A stretch of 61,408 bases of DNA, the filler included, from Stramenopiles sp. TOSAG23-3 (Eukaryota), in NCBI GenBank assembly GCA_900128585.1. It is 20 parts of 20 records of this genome, joined end to end, with 100 filler letters (N's around TTAATTAATTAA, not from the genome) between each part and the next. Parts side by side here need not be neighbours in the genome. Positions count along the whole stretch, not along the records: positions 40,061 to 43,030 come from LT644493.1; positions 43,131 to 46,099 come from LT644494.1; positions 46,200 to 49,168 come from LT644495.1; positions 49,269 to 52,232 come from LT644496.1; 16 more parts are not named here. One strand, written 5' to 3'. A model generated the notes under the pieces. It did no database searches, had not been told where the DNA came from, and saw only the letters and a program-made list of their open reading frames with translations. A program made the translations under genes and the position numbers. This document shows positions 40,270 to 50,104 of the stretch, piece after piece. How positions within the stretch are numbered: the stretch's first letter is position 1; every line of letters starts with the position of its first letter.

Positions 40270-43029
40270 CTAATTTGAGGCCTTCTTCGCCTTCTTCTTC
40301 TCAGGGTTTTCCCCTTCCCCACCCTCATCCGCCTTACGCTTCTTCGAATCGCCTTGAGGCGTCTCCCCCTCCTTCATAGCTTGCTCCAAATGGTCAAGAA
40401 ACCGAAACAAACATGACTCATCCTCCTCTGTTAAATCCCCCAATAACATTCCCACCTCCACGTTCCACATTTGATCCACTATCTCCGTGTATTCTTTTTT
40501 TTCAGACTTACAAAGCAATTTGTTTTCTTCTTCTTCCGGAAAGATTTCAGTGAGAAGACGGAGAAACTGCCGGGCCAGGCCCGAAGGGCACATTTCATAA
40601 CCCCGTACTTGAAACAATCCTTCTCCTTCCTTTACATCGACCGTGAACTGTTGCGGGGAGCATTGCAATGCCCGCGCACCGCGCACCGTCAACTCCACTC
40701 CTGCGATTTCTAGACACCTTCTCATCTGCTCCGGTGATTTAACTACGACACTACATTGCCATCCCGTTAATTGCGATTTAATATCATTGAACAAAACAAA
40801 ATTCTCGTCGTATCCCATTTCTCGTTTCATATCTTCTTTTGTTTTTGGTTGTCCACAAAGTTCAGAAGGACGATATGGATGTCGATACGAAAAACCAGTC
40901 CATCGAATGGTCCGTGTAAATAACCCGACGCGGACGTTGCTGTGTACTTTATATGCCCGAAAATCGCCGATCTCATCGTCGTACTCTCCTCGCGTTTCGC
41001 AGTCGCCGTGAAAATCATTGATCGTGAGCTTCGTGCAATTTACAGCAGACACATTCTCCAACCAGTTGTCGTCGGGCGTTTGTCTTTTCTTTACGTATGC
41101 CAACGCCTTTGGTAAAACGCGTACCAGCCGACCGTGCGGCGTCTTGTAATGGGCTTCCGGGTGTAAATATTTCAACGATCGAATGCTATCGATCTCTCCC
41201 AACTCGACGTAACGAACAGGAGGTCTCTCTGCGTCTTCCCCGCTTTGTGGTAGCCACGGGTGCAAAGGGTTGCCATTTGCTTCGCAGAGTCGGGCCTTGA
41301 TGGAGTTTGACTGAATCCCTCTAGCAGACAACGGTTTGTTTGGGACCAAAACTTCCTCCTTGTATAATCCTTCGATGATTTCCAGCATATCCTCTGTGCT
41401 CGCATTTCCAGGGAAATTTTGTTGAACTTGAGAAGTCAAATACTCGCGTACAGTGGAAGGTGACATGTTTTTCACGTACCGCACACTTTGCAAATACTGC
41501 TTACAGCTGTTTAACACAATTGCACGCGTGGTCGTTATGCCTAGCGACGGCGTATGTCCAGAAAAATGTTTTTTGCAATTATCAAACAAATTTGGCATCT
41601 CTTCCGGGTCGGCACCAACGACGACAATCGCAGGATGTGATGGATCACGGCCCCCCCTCCCAATCCGCTGAGTAAGCGAGTCCGTTGAACACCGACTGGC
41701 ATCGGGTATGATGATCAAATCAGCCCCACAAATATTCACTCCTGCTTCCAACGCCGATGTTGCAACAATAACGTGTAGCTGCTCGTGTAGCTGCTCGTGT
41801 AGCTGCTTCTTACCGACCCATTTTCCCATCATGCTTTCGTACACTCGACGGTGCATGCTGGCACAGTCACCATGGTACGGTGTCGCGCGCACTTCGTACC
41901 CATCGGGCCATTTGCATTTACTTTTGTGCCCTCTGGACCTATTCATCCATTTGATAAAGCAGGTTGCATCGGATTTGCTATCAACAAAAATGAGCACGCG
42001 GCGGATGTTACGGTGATCTTTCACTACGTCAAACAGAATTTTTTTACAAACATCGTGCACAGTGAGCTTCTTTGGGTACAAGAGCAAAAGTCGCTGGCAC
42101 ATGTTTGCATTTTGTCGTGCAATCCGAATCATAGGCTCCAACGAAAACTCGGTATCCACAATTTCCTCTTCAAATTCTTGGTTGCTTTTAGGTTGAACAA
42201 TCTCGATGTTGTTGCCCCCCTTTTGTTTCAACAGCTTTTGAGCAAATCTTTTTGCGTCTTTATCGGAGCCCATCGTGGCGCTGGCGAGCATGATTCGCAT
42301 AGGACTCTTTCCACGAGCACGGAGCAGTGCGTTCATGCGACATAACAACTCACGTTGCGTGCCCCCCAAAATGCCACGAAATTGATGAGCCTCATCCAGG
42401 ATGGCCAACCCCACATGCTCGAAAAAGGTTTCTTTTTGGCTCACGTAAGAATCACACCCCTTACTACTACTGTCTGGATAGCCCCATTTGTCTGGTGTCG
42501 TCAATATGATATCTGCCTCTTTGAACGCATCACTTTTCATATGGTTCCGCATATGCGGATCTCCTGTTATCCCCCTCCAGATCGTCCATTTGACCTCACG
42601 AAGGGCTCCCTCAAACGGTATGAAGAAATTCCCACCGTACGGCATACTAACGCTTTTTACACGAACGTCTGCTTGCACGTTGACAACCTTGCTTCTGCAT
42701 ACGTGGTTCCCGTTTCTGCTTTTGGATATACTAGCGAAAGAATTCGCAATGTCAGAGAGGAGGGCAGTGTACGGTAAGAATATGACGACTTTCTTTCGGT
42801 TCTTCAACACTTCGTACAAGGCCGCGGCCTGGTACACTTTTGTCTTGCCATACGCCGTCGGTACGGCCAGGACAACGCTCTTTTGCTGTGGTTGCTGTGT
42901 AGTAGTTGTGTTGTTATGGTTGCAGTGGATGTACTTTTGAAGGGCGTCCCACTGGCCCCAACGCATCTTTCTTTTTATCTCGGGAAAAATGGAGTCCACG
43001 AAATCGGGTAAGTTGAAACTTTCATCGCC
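40270..43029 (-). CDS. SF2 DEAH helicase, Hrq1/MrfA(YprA)-like (5' truncated)
   Basis: PTAYGKT, LTTPD, DEAHQFRGILG, ASAT, LIFVDSK, YHG, VATSALEAGVNI, QRIGRGGR and LHPEAHY. Frame open to the contig end. Confidence 0.88.
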   Translation of the reverse strand, partial: GDESFNLPDFVDSIFPEIKRKMRWGQWDALQKYIHCNHNNTTTTQQPQQKSVVLAVPTAYGKTKVYQAAALYEVLKNRKKVVIFLPYTALLSDIANSFASISKSRNGNHVCRSKVVNVQADVRVKSVSMPYGGNFFIPFEGALREVKWTIWRGITGDPHMRNHMKSDAFKEADIILTTPDKWGYPDSSSKGCDSYVSQKETFFEHVGLAILDEAHQFRGILGGTQRELLCRMNALLRARGKSPMRIMLASATMGSDKDAKRFAQKLLKQKGGNNIEIVQPKSNQEFEEEIVDTEFSLEPMIRIARQNANMCQRLLLLYPKKLTVHDVCKKILFDVVKDHRNIRRVLIFVDSKSDATCFIKWMNRSRGHKSKCKWPDGYEVRATPYHGDCASMHRRVYESMMGKWVGKKQLHEQLHEQLHVIVATSALEAGVNICGADLIIIPDASRCSTDSLTQRIGRGGRDPSHPAIVVVGADPEEMPNLFDNCKKHFSGHTPSLGITTTRAIVLNSCKQYLQSVRYVKNMSPSTVREYLTSQVQQNFPGNASTEDMLEIIEGLYKEEVLVPNKPLSARGIQSNSIKARLCEANGNPLHPWLPQSGEDAERPPVRYVELGEIDSIRSLKYLHPEAHYKTPHGRLVRVLPKALAYVKKRQTPDDNWLENVSAVNCTKLTINDFHGDCETRGEYDDEIGDFRAYKVHSNVRVGLFTRTIRWTGFSYRHPYRPSELCGQPKTKEDMKREMGYDENFVLFNDIKSQLTGWQCSVVVKSPEQMRRCLEIAGVELTVRGARALQCSPQQFTVDVKEGEGLFQVRGYEMCPSGLARQFLRLLTEIFPEEEENKLLCKSEKKEYTEIVDQMWNVEVGMLLGDLTEEDESCLFRFLDHLEQAMKEGETPQGDSKKRKADEGGEGENPEKKKAKKASN

Positions 43030-43147
43030 TNNNNNNNNNNNNNNNNNNNNNNNNNNNNNNNNNNNNNNNNNNNNTTAATTAATTAANNNNNNNNNNNNNN
43101 NNNNNNNNNNNNNNNNNNNNNNNNNNNNNNATTGTTTTTACTTTCAC

Positions 43148-44266
43148 TCAAGCCTCTTCTTCGCCCTTCTGCACGGCCACCTTTTCGTCCTTCTCCGACC
43201 CCTCCTCCGTGCCTGCGTCGGTGGACACGTAGTTCGACGTGCGCGTCGGGTCACTCCCACCACTGCTAATATCGCTGTTACTCCTACCACTTGAGGACGC
43301 CGGCCTGTGGAGCGTCATTGTCAGCGCCCAGAACGCAGCGAGCTCTGCGCCGTGAATAAAAGTAATGAACCACAAATATTGAGCATTCGCAGACACTTGG
43401 TCTGGGTCCTTGCAAACGTCTATGAAGAAATTCCAAGCGACGCCGGTAACAAGAAAGACGCACGCTCCAAGGAGGACTACCACAGCCCGCTGGATTCGCT
43501 TTATCGACCGCACGGCCTTCATTTTGGAATCCGAGAGGACCATGCTATGGATTAATTTATGCAACCCGAAGGCATAGTACGTGCCGAACCCACACATGGC
43601 GACGCAGTACAGCGCGAAAATTGCATTGCTCACGCTCGTTATGTCCGCAATGTTGAACGAGAACAACAGAACGCTACCAAACCCAACGATAGACAGAAGA
43701 ATCACCAGTCCCAGGATAATCTTCGACTCTTTGTCCATTTTCTTGTTGCTCCCCGCGAAGCTCCGCCTCTGCCCTCGTAGCCGGCTCGCGCTTCTGACCG
43801 TGCTCCTCCAAAGCTTGACCTGGAGAAGGCAAACCCCAATGGCGGCAATCTGGGGGGATTTTAGCAAAAAATCCACCGCGTGCCGATTCTGGCGCCCACT
43901 TCCGAAGATATGTGCCCCGTCGTTCGCCAACGTGGAGCGCTCGTGGGGGTCCAGGAGCCACAGGAAACGAAGGAGGGAAGAGAAAAATAAAACGACCCAA
44001 AGAAAAAACCGATACTCCTTGAGCCCTTTCCCCGAACTTTTCAAATACTTGAACTGTTCGTGCGTGAAATAACCAATATACACCGTAATACAAAGGAACG
44101 CCGTCATAAAAAATATGCGCCACAAGATATAATTAGCGGGGAGCACTTCCACCATGCGCTCGCTTAGCTTCAACTCGCCCTCGGACGGCACAGAGTATAA
44201 GCATGGCAAAGTTTTCGCCGCCAAGGTCGTCAAGTTCAACGGGGCGACGGTCGTCGTGGTCGCCAT
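43148..44266 (-). CDS. Seven-TM protein (THH1/TOM1/GPR137-like)
   Basis: Seven hydrophobic helices, LLRFLWLLDP, LLKSPQ and a Ser-rich tail. ATG at 44266; the upstream part of the track ORF is microsatellite read-through. Confidence 0.8.
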   Translation of the reverse strand: MATTTTVAPLNLTTLAAKTLPCLYSVPSEGELKLSERMVEVLPANYILWRIFFMTAFLCITVYIGYFTHEQFKYLKSSGKGLKEYRFFLWVVLFFSSLLRFLWLLDPHERSTLANDGAHIFGSGRQNRHAVDFLLKSPQIAAIGVCLLQVKLWRSTVRSASRLRGQRRSFAGSNKKMDKESKIILGLVILLSIVGFGSVLLFSFNIADITSVSNAIFALYCVAMCGFGTYYAFGLHKLIHSMVLSDSKMKAVRSIKRIQRAVVVLLGACVFLVTGVAWNFFIDVCKDPDQVSANAQYLWFITFIHGAELAAFWALTMTLHRPASSSGRSNSDISSGGSDPTRTSNYVSTDAGTEEGSEKDEKVAVQKGEEEA

Positions 44267-44708
44267 GATATATAGACTATATATATATACACTGCCGAAC
44301 GCAAAGGGGTCAAAGTAAGAACACCGAAAGGAAGAAATGCTGTAAAAACGTGGCTTAACAGACCGCAATGCAGAAAATAGAAACAAAATTGAGTGAACAT
44401 GTCTGTTACAATTTATATTCTTCTTCTTCTTCTTCTTTCTTTCTTCTTCTTCTTCTTCTTCTTCTTCTTCTTTCTTTTTTTTAATTTGACGCAAAAAAAA
44501 AGAACAAAAATATCAATTATTAAGGATAACTATTTTACGATAATCTATTATAATTATTTACATATAATTATTACAACATAATTTACCTTAATATAAAAGT
44601 AAAAAAAGGTAACGTACAAAAAAAGAAGAATGACATCTCATTTTTTGCCAAAAATAATAATAAAAAATATGGAAACTAATATCTAACTTTCTTTATTATG
44701 ATTTAGTT

Positions 44709-45545
44709 TTAAAAGGAGTGGGTGGTGGTAAAATTAGGAATTAAAAGGGAAGATGCGCCATTTCCCTCACCATCGTCTTCTTCTTCTGCATTTGACATAT
44801 TTTCGGAAAATGCCGCTCCTTCTTCTTCGTCTTCTGAAATTTCTGGATGTAGAACCCATGAAAGGTTGTCTTCTGCCTCTCTTCCCCCCTCGGCCCAGCC
44901 TTCGTTTTTCTCCTCGGCCATTTCGATAGGCACCCCATCGCTGTTGTTCGCAGGCACCCTTTCGCCGATCTTCGCAGGCATCTCTCCATTGGTGTTCGCA
45001 GGCATCTCTTCGCTGTTGTTACCAGGCATCTCTCTATTGTTGTTTGCAGGAATATCGTTCGTACACGCCGTTTCCCCCGCGTCTACCGTTACGGGGACCT
45101 GTTCGGCTTGTGCGGCCTCCAGGGACCGCTCTATAGTATCTTCTGGGTCCACGTGAAGGTGCAAGACCGCCAACTCTTCCACTTTCATAATTTCTCTGTA
45201 TCCGTCATCGTACATTCCCGTGTATTTTTCTGTTGTCTCGTCGAAACTAATAATCTTCGCCGTCCACCACTCCCAAACCTGTTTGGCAAGGAACTTCTTG
45301 TCGTAGTACATACCCACAAGGTCGTAGCCCTCCCCGTAATCTGTTCTCGGTTCCCTGTCTATCGTCACCTTGACTGGAGGGGCACGGTTCCTAAAAAGAG
45401 ACAGGTAATTCAAAAAAAATTTCCGTGCATGGGTATGCTTCGCCTGCTTCCTCTCCTTGCGTTTTGCCGTACTTACCCGCTTTCGCCTTCGCCTGCGCGG
45501 AGGGACAGGAACACGCCGCGTGTCCATTCGAATAGAAGAAGACAA
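44709..45545 (-). CDS. Protein with basic NLS-like tract, Tudor-like domain and acidic tail
   Basis: WWTAKIISFD....YTGMYDDGYREIM Tudor-like pattern; five 8-aa repeats (24-bp unit at 44929-45050). Start uncertain. Confidence 0.65.
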   Translation of the reverse strand: MSSSIRMDTRRVPVPPRRRRRKRVSTAKRKERKQAKHTHARKFFLNYLSLFRNRAPPVKVTIDREPRTDYGEGYDLVGMYYDKKFLAKQVWEWWTAKIISFDETTEKYTGMYDDGYREIMKVEELAVLHLHVDPEDTIERSLEAAQAEQVPVTVDAGETACTNDIPANNNREMPGNNSEEMPANTNGEMPAKIGERVPANNSDGVPIEMAEEKNEGWAEGGREAEDNLSWVLHPEISEDEEEGAAFSENMSNAEEEDDGEGNGASSLLIPNFTTTHSF

Positions 45546-46199
45546 TGAATAAGAAATAGGACAGTATGCGCAAACGTTTTAGCCTTTTACAGAATGGATG
45601 GGAACAGGCTGCGTAAAGGTTTTCAACGATTCCTTTTCTTGACTATCATTCATTAAAAGACGTTCGTACAGATGCAGCAGCAACTCTTTTAGATTGTCAC
45701 AACTCCTTTGATGAATCTGTTGACACCCCGCGTAACTAACAAAAAAACAAAAAAAAAGCTGCTAACGAACGAACGAAAGAAACGAAAGAAGAAAGAAACG
45801 AAAGAAACGAAAGAAACGAAAGAAACGAAGAAAGAAGAAAGAAGAAGAAAGAACTAACCGTTGGGTTTATATACATGTCACAGCATTAAATGAAAATGAT
45901 CTCTATGTTGTGTCTATCATTTTAATATTTAGTAATATAAATACAAATGAATATTTTTTTATTTTTTTCTGGATATTATTTTCTATGTTATTTATATATA
46001 TAATAAGGTATTAAAAAAGGAGAATTATTAATCTATATAAAAATATACCTTAAAAATAAAACATATGCTATATCTATATTAAATCATCCTTTATTTTATN
46101 NNNNNNNNNNNNNNNNNNNNNNNNNNNNNNNNNNNNNNNNNNNTTAATTAATTAANNNNNNNNNNNNNNNNNNNNNNNNNNNNNNNNNNNNNNNNNNNN

Positions 46200-47945
46200 C
46201 ATACGTTGCGACAGATCGTTAAGGTCCCTGTATTTTGCCCAACAGAACAGGCAACGCATAAGGGTGACATTATTGAAGCATGCTTTGTTGGAGAAGATTT
46301 TGAATCCAACGACGATGAGCGGGTGGGCTCATCCCTCAGGGTAGTTTCGGTTGACCATTTAGCGGCGGTTAGATTGTGGAATCCAGAAGACGGGACAATA
46401 TTTTCTTCCTTCTCGGCGGCGTCTCCCATCTCCAGTCAGGGTGTTTTAGCAACAGCAGCTGCTTGCGACTATACAGGGCAGCAACTGTTTGTTGGGTACT
46501 CTGACGGAAATATCGCTTCTTGGCGCTTACTGAAGGGGACCAGGCTAATGCTGTTCAAAGGAGACAAGAGGGGCATTGATGCAGTGTCAGTTGCACGCCA
46601 ATCCGAAATGCTGTGTGCATCAGTTGAAGGTGGAGGTGTAATTGTTTGGTCGATCTTGGACATTCCAACACCCCCCGCCAAAGGACCAGACGTCCATGGC
46701 GTAGGTAAAAACGAATTTATTGCCGCCCAGAATGTGATACCGCACCACACTACCATTCCGGCACTGGCTTCCGCTTACATCGGCAAAAAGAAGCTGGTCA
46801 TAGGAGGAGATACAGGGTCTACGGTGTCCCTTTGGCGGCCGCGGGGAAAATCTTGTTTCAACGAAATAAATTCCCAGTGGTACAATGGATCCAACCGCCC
46901 AACAGAAAGCGTATCGACAGTGGGGGTTTGCTTGTTGAACAGTTTTACTGTAAAGGAAGAACGGCCGTACTTTGCTGCAGTCGGCAAAGATGGATACCTG
47001 TTCATTTATTGCAAATCGATATTGTTTGGAACGCAGCTTCTGGCACAACGATTTTCCGGTGGTTCCTCTCAAGAGACCATCGGGTGCTCTTGTTGCTCAT
47101 CAGGAACGGCATGGAAGTCAGTTCAGTCGCCATCTTCAAAAACTAAAACAACGGTACCGTTGGAATACATAGCGGTTGGAGATAGAGGCGGCGGTATTCA
47201 TGTATGGCGCATTGAAATGAAAACCTTCGACAAAACAGAAAGTGATTCCCCATTAACCTCTATTGCTGTCACAAATGTGGCATACTGGAATGGGTTTAAG
47301 AATGATGCTGCGGACGGCAACAATAGTGGCACCGTTGAAGTGTTGAGCATCGCACTTGGCGATGCTTGTCAGTACGTTGTTGCAGCCGGCTCGGACAAAA
47401 CTGTTCGTTTGTACTCTATCCGTGGTGCTCTCATTGGCATTTTTGGGCAAAGCAGAGAATGGACACTGCGTTCAACTGTTTCCTATTTGAGCAGGAGCGG
47501 GGATCGTCCTAAAACAAGCTACCCCGCCAAGGTCGCATGGTCGCCCAGGGGCAGACATCATGCCATGCTCTCCGGGGACGTGGATGGGGCAGGAGATGCA
47601 TTTAATTTTAGCAGAGAATCTTCAAGGTGGAAAATGGCCCCAAAACGGTTTTTGGAGAATACCATCCATGCGATCAATGCGATCAACGAGGGCACGATAG
47701 GCGGCGACGACATAAACACGGAGAAGGGGTCGGAGCTGTTGCGCCGTTTTTCCATGCAAACAATTAGCCCATCCCTGATTACAAAAAATTTGTACGTTCG
47801 CCGGCCATTGCCTAAATCCCCCAGGGATGAGGACAAAACATCCATAGCAGAGATGCTCCCTAGAACCCCAATGCAAACGTTCAAACACATGAAACTTCAC
47901 GTAAAAGAAAAGGCTATTGGTGAGGGCGAAGAAAGCCCTTCGTAA
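46200..47945 (+). CDS. WD40-repeat protein (5' truncated)
   Basis: VRLWNP, VGYSDGNIASW, VGDRGGGIHVW and AAGSDKTVRLY blades. Frame open from the contig start. Confidence 0.85.
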   Translation, partial: HTLRQIVKVPVFCPTEQATHKGDIIEACFVGEDFESNDDERVGSSLRVVSVDHLAAVRLWNPEDGTIFSSFSAASPISSQGVLATAAACDYTGQQLFVGYSDGNIASWRLLKGTRLMLFKGDKRGIDAVSVARQSEMLCASVEGGGVIVWSILDIPTPPAKGPDVHGVGKNEFIAAQNVIPHHTTIPALASAYIGKKKLVIGGDTGSTVSLWRPRGKSCFNEINSQWYNGSNRPTESVSTVGVCLLNSFTVKEERPYFAAVGKDGYLFIYCKSILFGTQLLAQRFSGGSSQETIGCSCCSSGTAWKSVQSPSSKTKTTVPLEYIAVGDRGGGIHVWRIEMKTFDKTESDSPLTSIAVTNVAYWNGFKNDAADGNNSGTVEVLSIALGDACQYVVAAGSDKTVRLYSIRGALIGIFGQSREWTLRSTVSYLSRSGDRPKTSYPAKVAWSPRGRHHAMLSGDVDGAGDAFNFSRESSRWKMAPKRFLENTIHAINAINEGTIGGDDINTEKGSELLRRFSMQTISPSLITKNLYVRRPLPKSPRDEDKTSIAEMLPRTPMQTFKHMKLHVKEKAIGEGEESPS

Positions 47946-48097
47946 AAAAATGTAAAACAAAAATTAATTTACTTTATATTTCAAAATAAACAAGTAAAAG
48001 GTTACATCGAAGCTAAATTTCAATTATGCTTACTCTCTAAATAACAGCCATTTTTTTTTTATTTAAAAAAGTAATTAATTTTTTTGTTTTTTAAATC

Positions 48098-49168
48098 TTA
48101 CCAGAACGGGCACCAACCAACGTACGCAACACTAAGATTTTCATCCGAAGTGGCCTGTTCGATAAGACGATTGACTTGATTGCTCACTGGCAAAGTCTCG
48201 TCTGAAAAGTCGGTGCCGGCCAATTTACTTCGGACCCGATCGATTACCGCAAGTGCTCTTTGGTTCAACACCTCAGATGGTCCTTGGTTTCCGGCTTTCA
48301 ATTCTCTTTGTGCCAACGACCGTTTTCTGGTCAAGGACTGAGAAACTAAACTATGCGTGTCTCCCCCGTATGAATTGGAACGAGAGAGCCCCCCGTTGGC
48401 CATCATTTGGCGTGCCTGGGCACTTGGGCGACGTTGGGGCCGTTTTTTTTTTCGAGACTGCCCATCTTGAGCCGCCTCCTCGTTTTCAACGACTGCTTTG
48501 TCATCATCCGCCTCTTTGTCTGCCCCAGGGTTGTCCTTCTTCTCAGATGGATCGTCGCTTTTCTTCTCCTCGTTCCCGGTTTCACTCTTACCACCTTCTG
48601 TGTTCAAGAGTCTCCAATTTATCAAAGGATCGTGAACGAACGCTTCCAACATTGCCATAACCGAGTCTTTGTTTTCTCTCAAAACTCGCATTACGGCCTC
48701 GCAGACACTTCGAAAATTCCCCTCAATACCACTCACCTCCATCGCATTGATAATCATCCGCGTCAGCCGGAACGGTACTTTTTCTGGGTACTTGTCGCGT
48801 TTCATAGCAACCTCAAAGCAATCTCCAAAATCGATGTGGATCACTTTTCCACTTTTCCTGTCTAGCATTAAATTGCTTGGGTGTCTGTCACCTAGGCCAA
48901 GAATGTAACCTACAATTGACATTACCGCCAACGAACGCGTAAAATTTGTCCTTCGCTCTAACCAAATCTCTGAATTTAGACTTTTAAGCCACAGTACTTT
49001 GCTCAAATCTTGACCGTGCGTTTTGTCCAGGCCATAGCGGAATGCTTCCACCTTTTGTATGGACGTCAAATTGTCGTAATCCGGCGCCATTTTCATAATC
49101 AAACGCTGCTCTATGTTCAAAACAATCTTTCGCTTCTCTCGAAATTCACGGACAAGCTGGTGAAATGT
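48098..49168 (-). CDS. TOR: Target of rapamycin kinase, catalytic C-lobe plus FATC (5' truncated)
   Basis: [45 protein letters not shown] and terminal YVGWCPFW. Confidence 0.97.
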   Translation of the reverse strand, partial: TFHQLVREFREKRKIVLNIEQRLIMKMAPDYDNLTSIQKVEAFRYGLDKTHGQDLSKVLWLKSLNSEIWLERRTNFTRSLAVMSIVGYILGLGDRHPSNLMLDRKSGKVIHIDFGDCFEVAMKRDKYPEKVPFRLTRMIINAMEVSGIEGNFRSVCEAVMRVLRENKDSVMAMLEAFVHDPLINWRLLNTEGGKSETGNEEKKSDDPSEKKDNPGADKEADDDKAVVENEEAAQDGQSRKKKRPQRRPSAQARQMMANGGLSRSNSYGGDTHSLVSQSLTRKRSLAQRELKAGNQGPSEVLNQRALAVIDRVRSKLAGTDFSDETLPVSNQVNRLIEQATSDENLSVAYVGWCPFW

Positions 49169-49268
49169 NNNNNNNNNNNNNNNNNNNNNNNNNNNNNNNN
49201 NNNNNNNNNNNNTTAATTAATTAANNNNNNNNNNNNNNNNNNNNNNNNNNNNNNNNNNNNNNNNNNNN

Positions 49269-49302
<34 letters not shown>

Positions 49303-50104
49303 CAGCGACACACCCCAATTTGACCTTCTTCACTTCTTCACTTTTTTAGAACAACAACTGCTTCCTCAGTCCTTCGTCCTTCGTCCAGATTCAAAATCGT
49401 TTTTAAAATACATAGTCTAAAATATATATTACTATGTATATAATAATTTAATGCTTTAATCTATACTATATTTATGTAATGTATTTTGCTTCATTTACCT
49501 ATTGAAATATATGTTTTAATATAATATTGTATTTATAAGTATAAGAATTGAATTGGAAATTCTTCATTAAGAAGAAGAAAGAAGAAGAAAGAACAATAAA
49601 AGAAATTTATAAAATACATGATCGTAGTATGGATAATACAGAAAAAAAATACCAAAGAAGAGAAGAAGCTGCTTCTTCGTCGGGGGGGGGTGGAGGGGTG
49701 AGGAGGTCGATCTTATTTCTATTTATTTAATACAATTTGAGTTAGTAGTTTGTTTTGAATATGCGATTAACATCAAAGTCCATAATGGTTTCATGTTATT
49801 ATTATGTACTGTCCCCTCTAGCCTTTTTCTCCAATGTTATACACTTACAGAAGAAATATTTAGGTACAATTTTGACCAGCCAAAACATGTAGTAAAATAA
49901 CAAATAATAAAACGACAACAAACAACAACGACAGCACACTAAATATGAAGCGTTTGCATTTGGTTTGTAGTCTGGAGGGGGTTGATTGTGTGCATCCAAC
50001 GGCTTCTCTTGCGAAGGGACAAAGGGAAATTACTAGGGAGTCAGGTAAAGTTCCTTAGAATTGTGTAATCAAGGACGTGAAAGAAGGATTTGCATATTTG
50101 AAAC

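Noticed and set aside
13830..43029. Methyltransferase plus DUF1998-family-like helicase as a DISARM-like system
   Set aside because: They are on different size-sorted contigs, so their co-occurrence in this window carries no linkage information.
45579..45581. In-frame stops here and at 28602 as signs of a reassigned genetic code
   Set aside because: Conserved genes end at TAA (TOR, TTC1, CAPZA), TAG (RPC5, carboxypeptidase) and TGA (GatA) at plausible positions.
49269..49301. Poly-C and poly-G tracts (also 36874-36890 and 53792-53827) as G-quadruplex elements
   Set aside because: All abut gaps, so their length and reality are unreliable.
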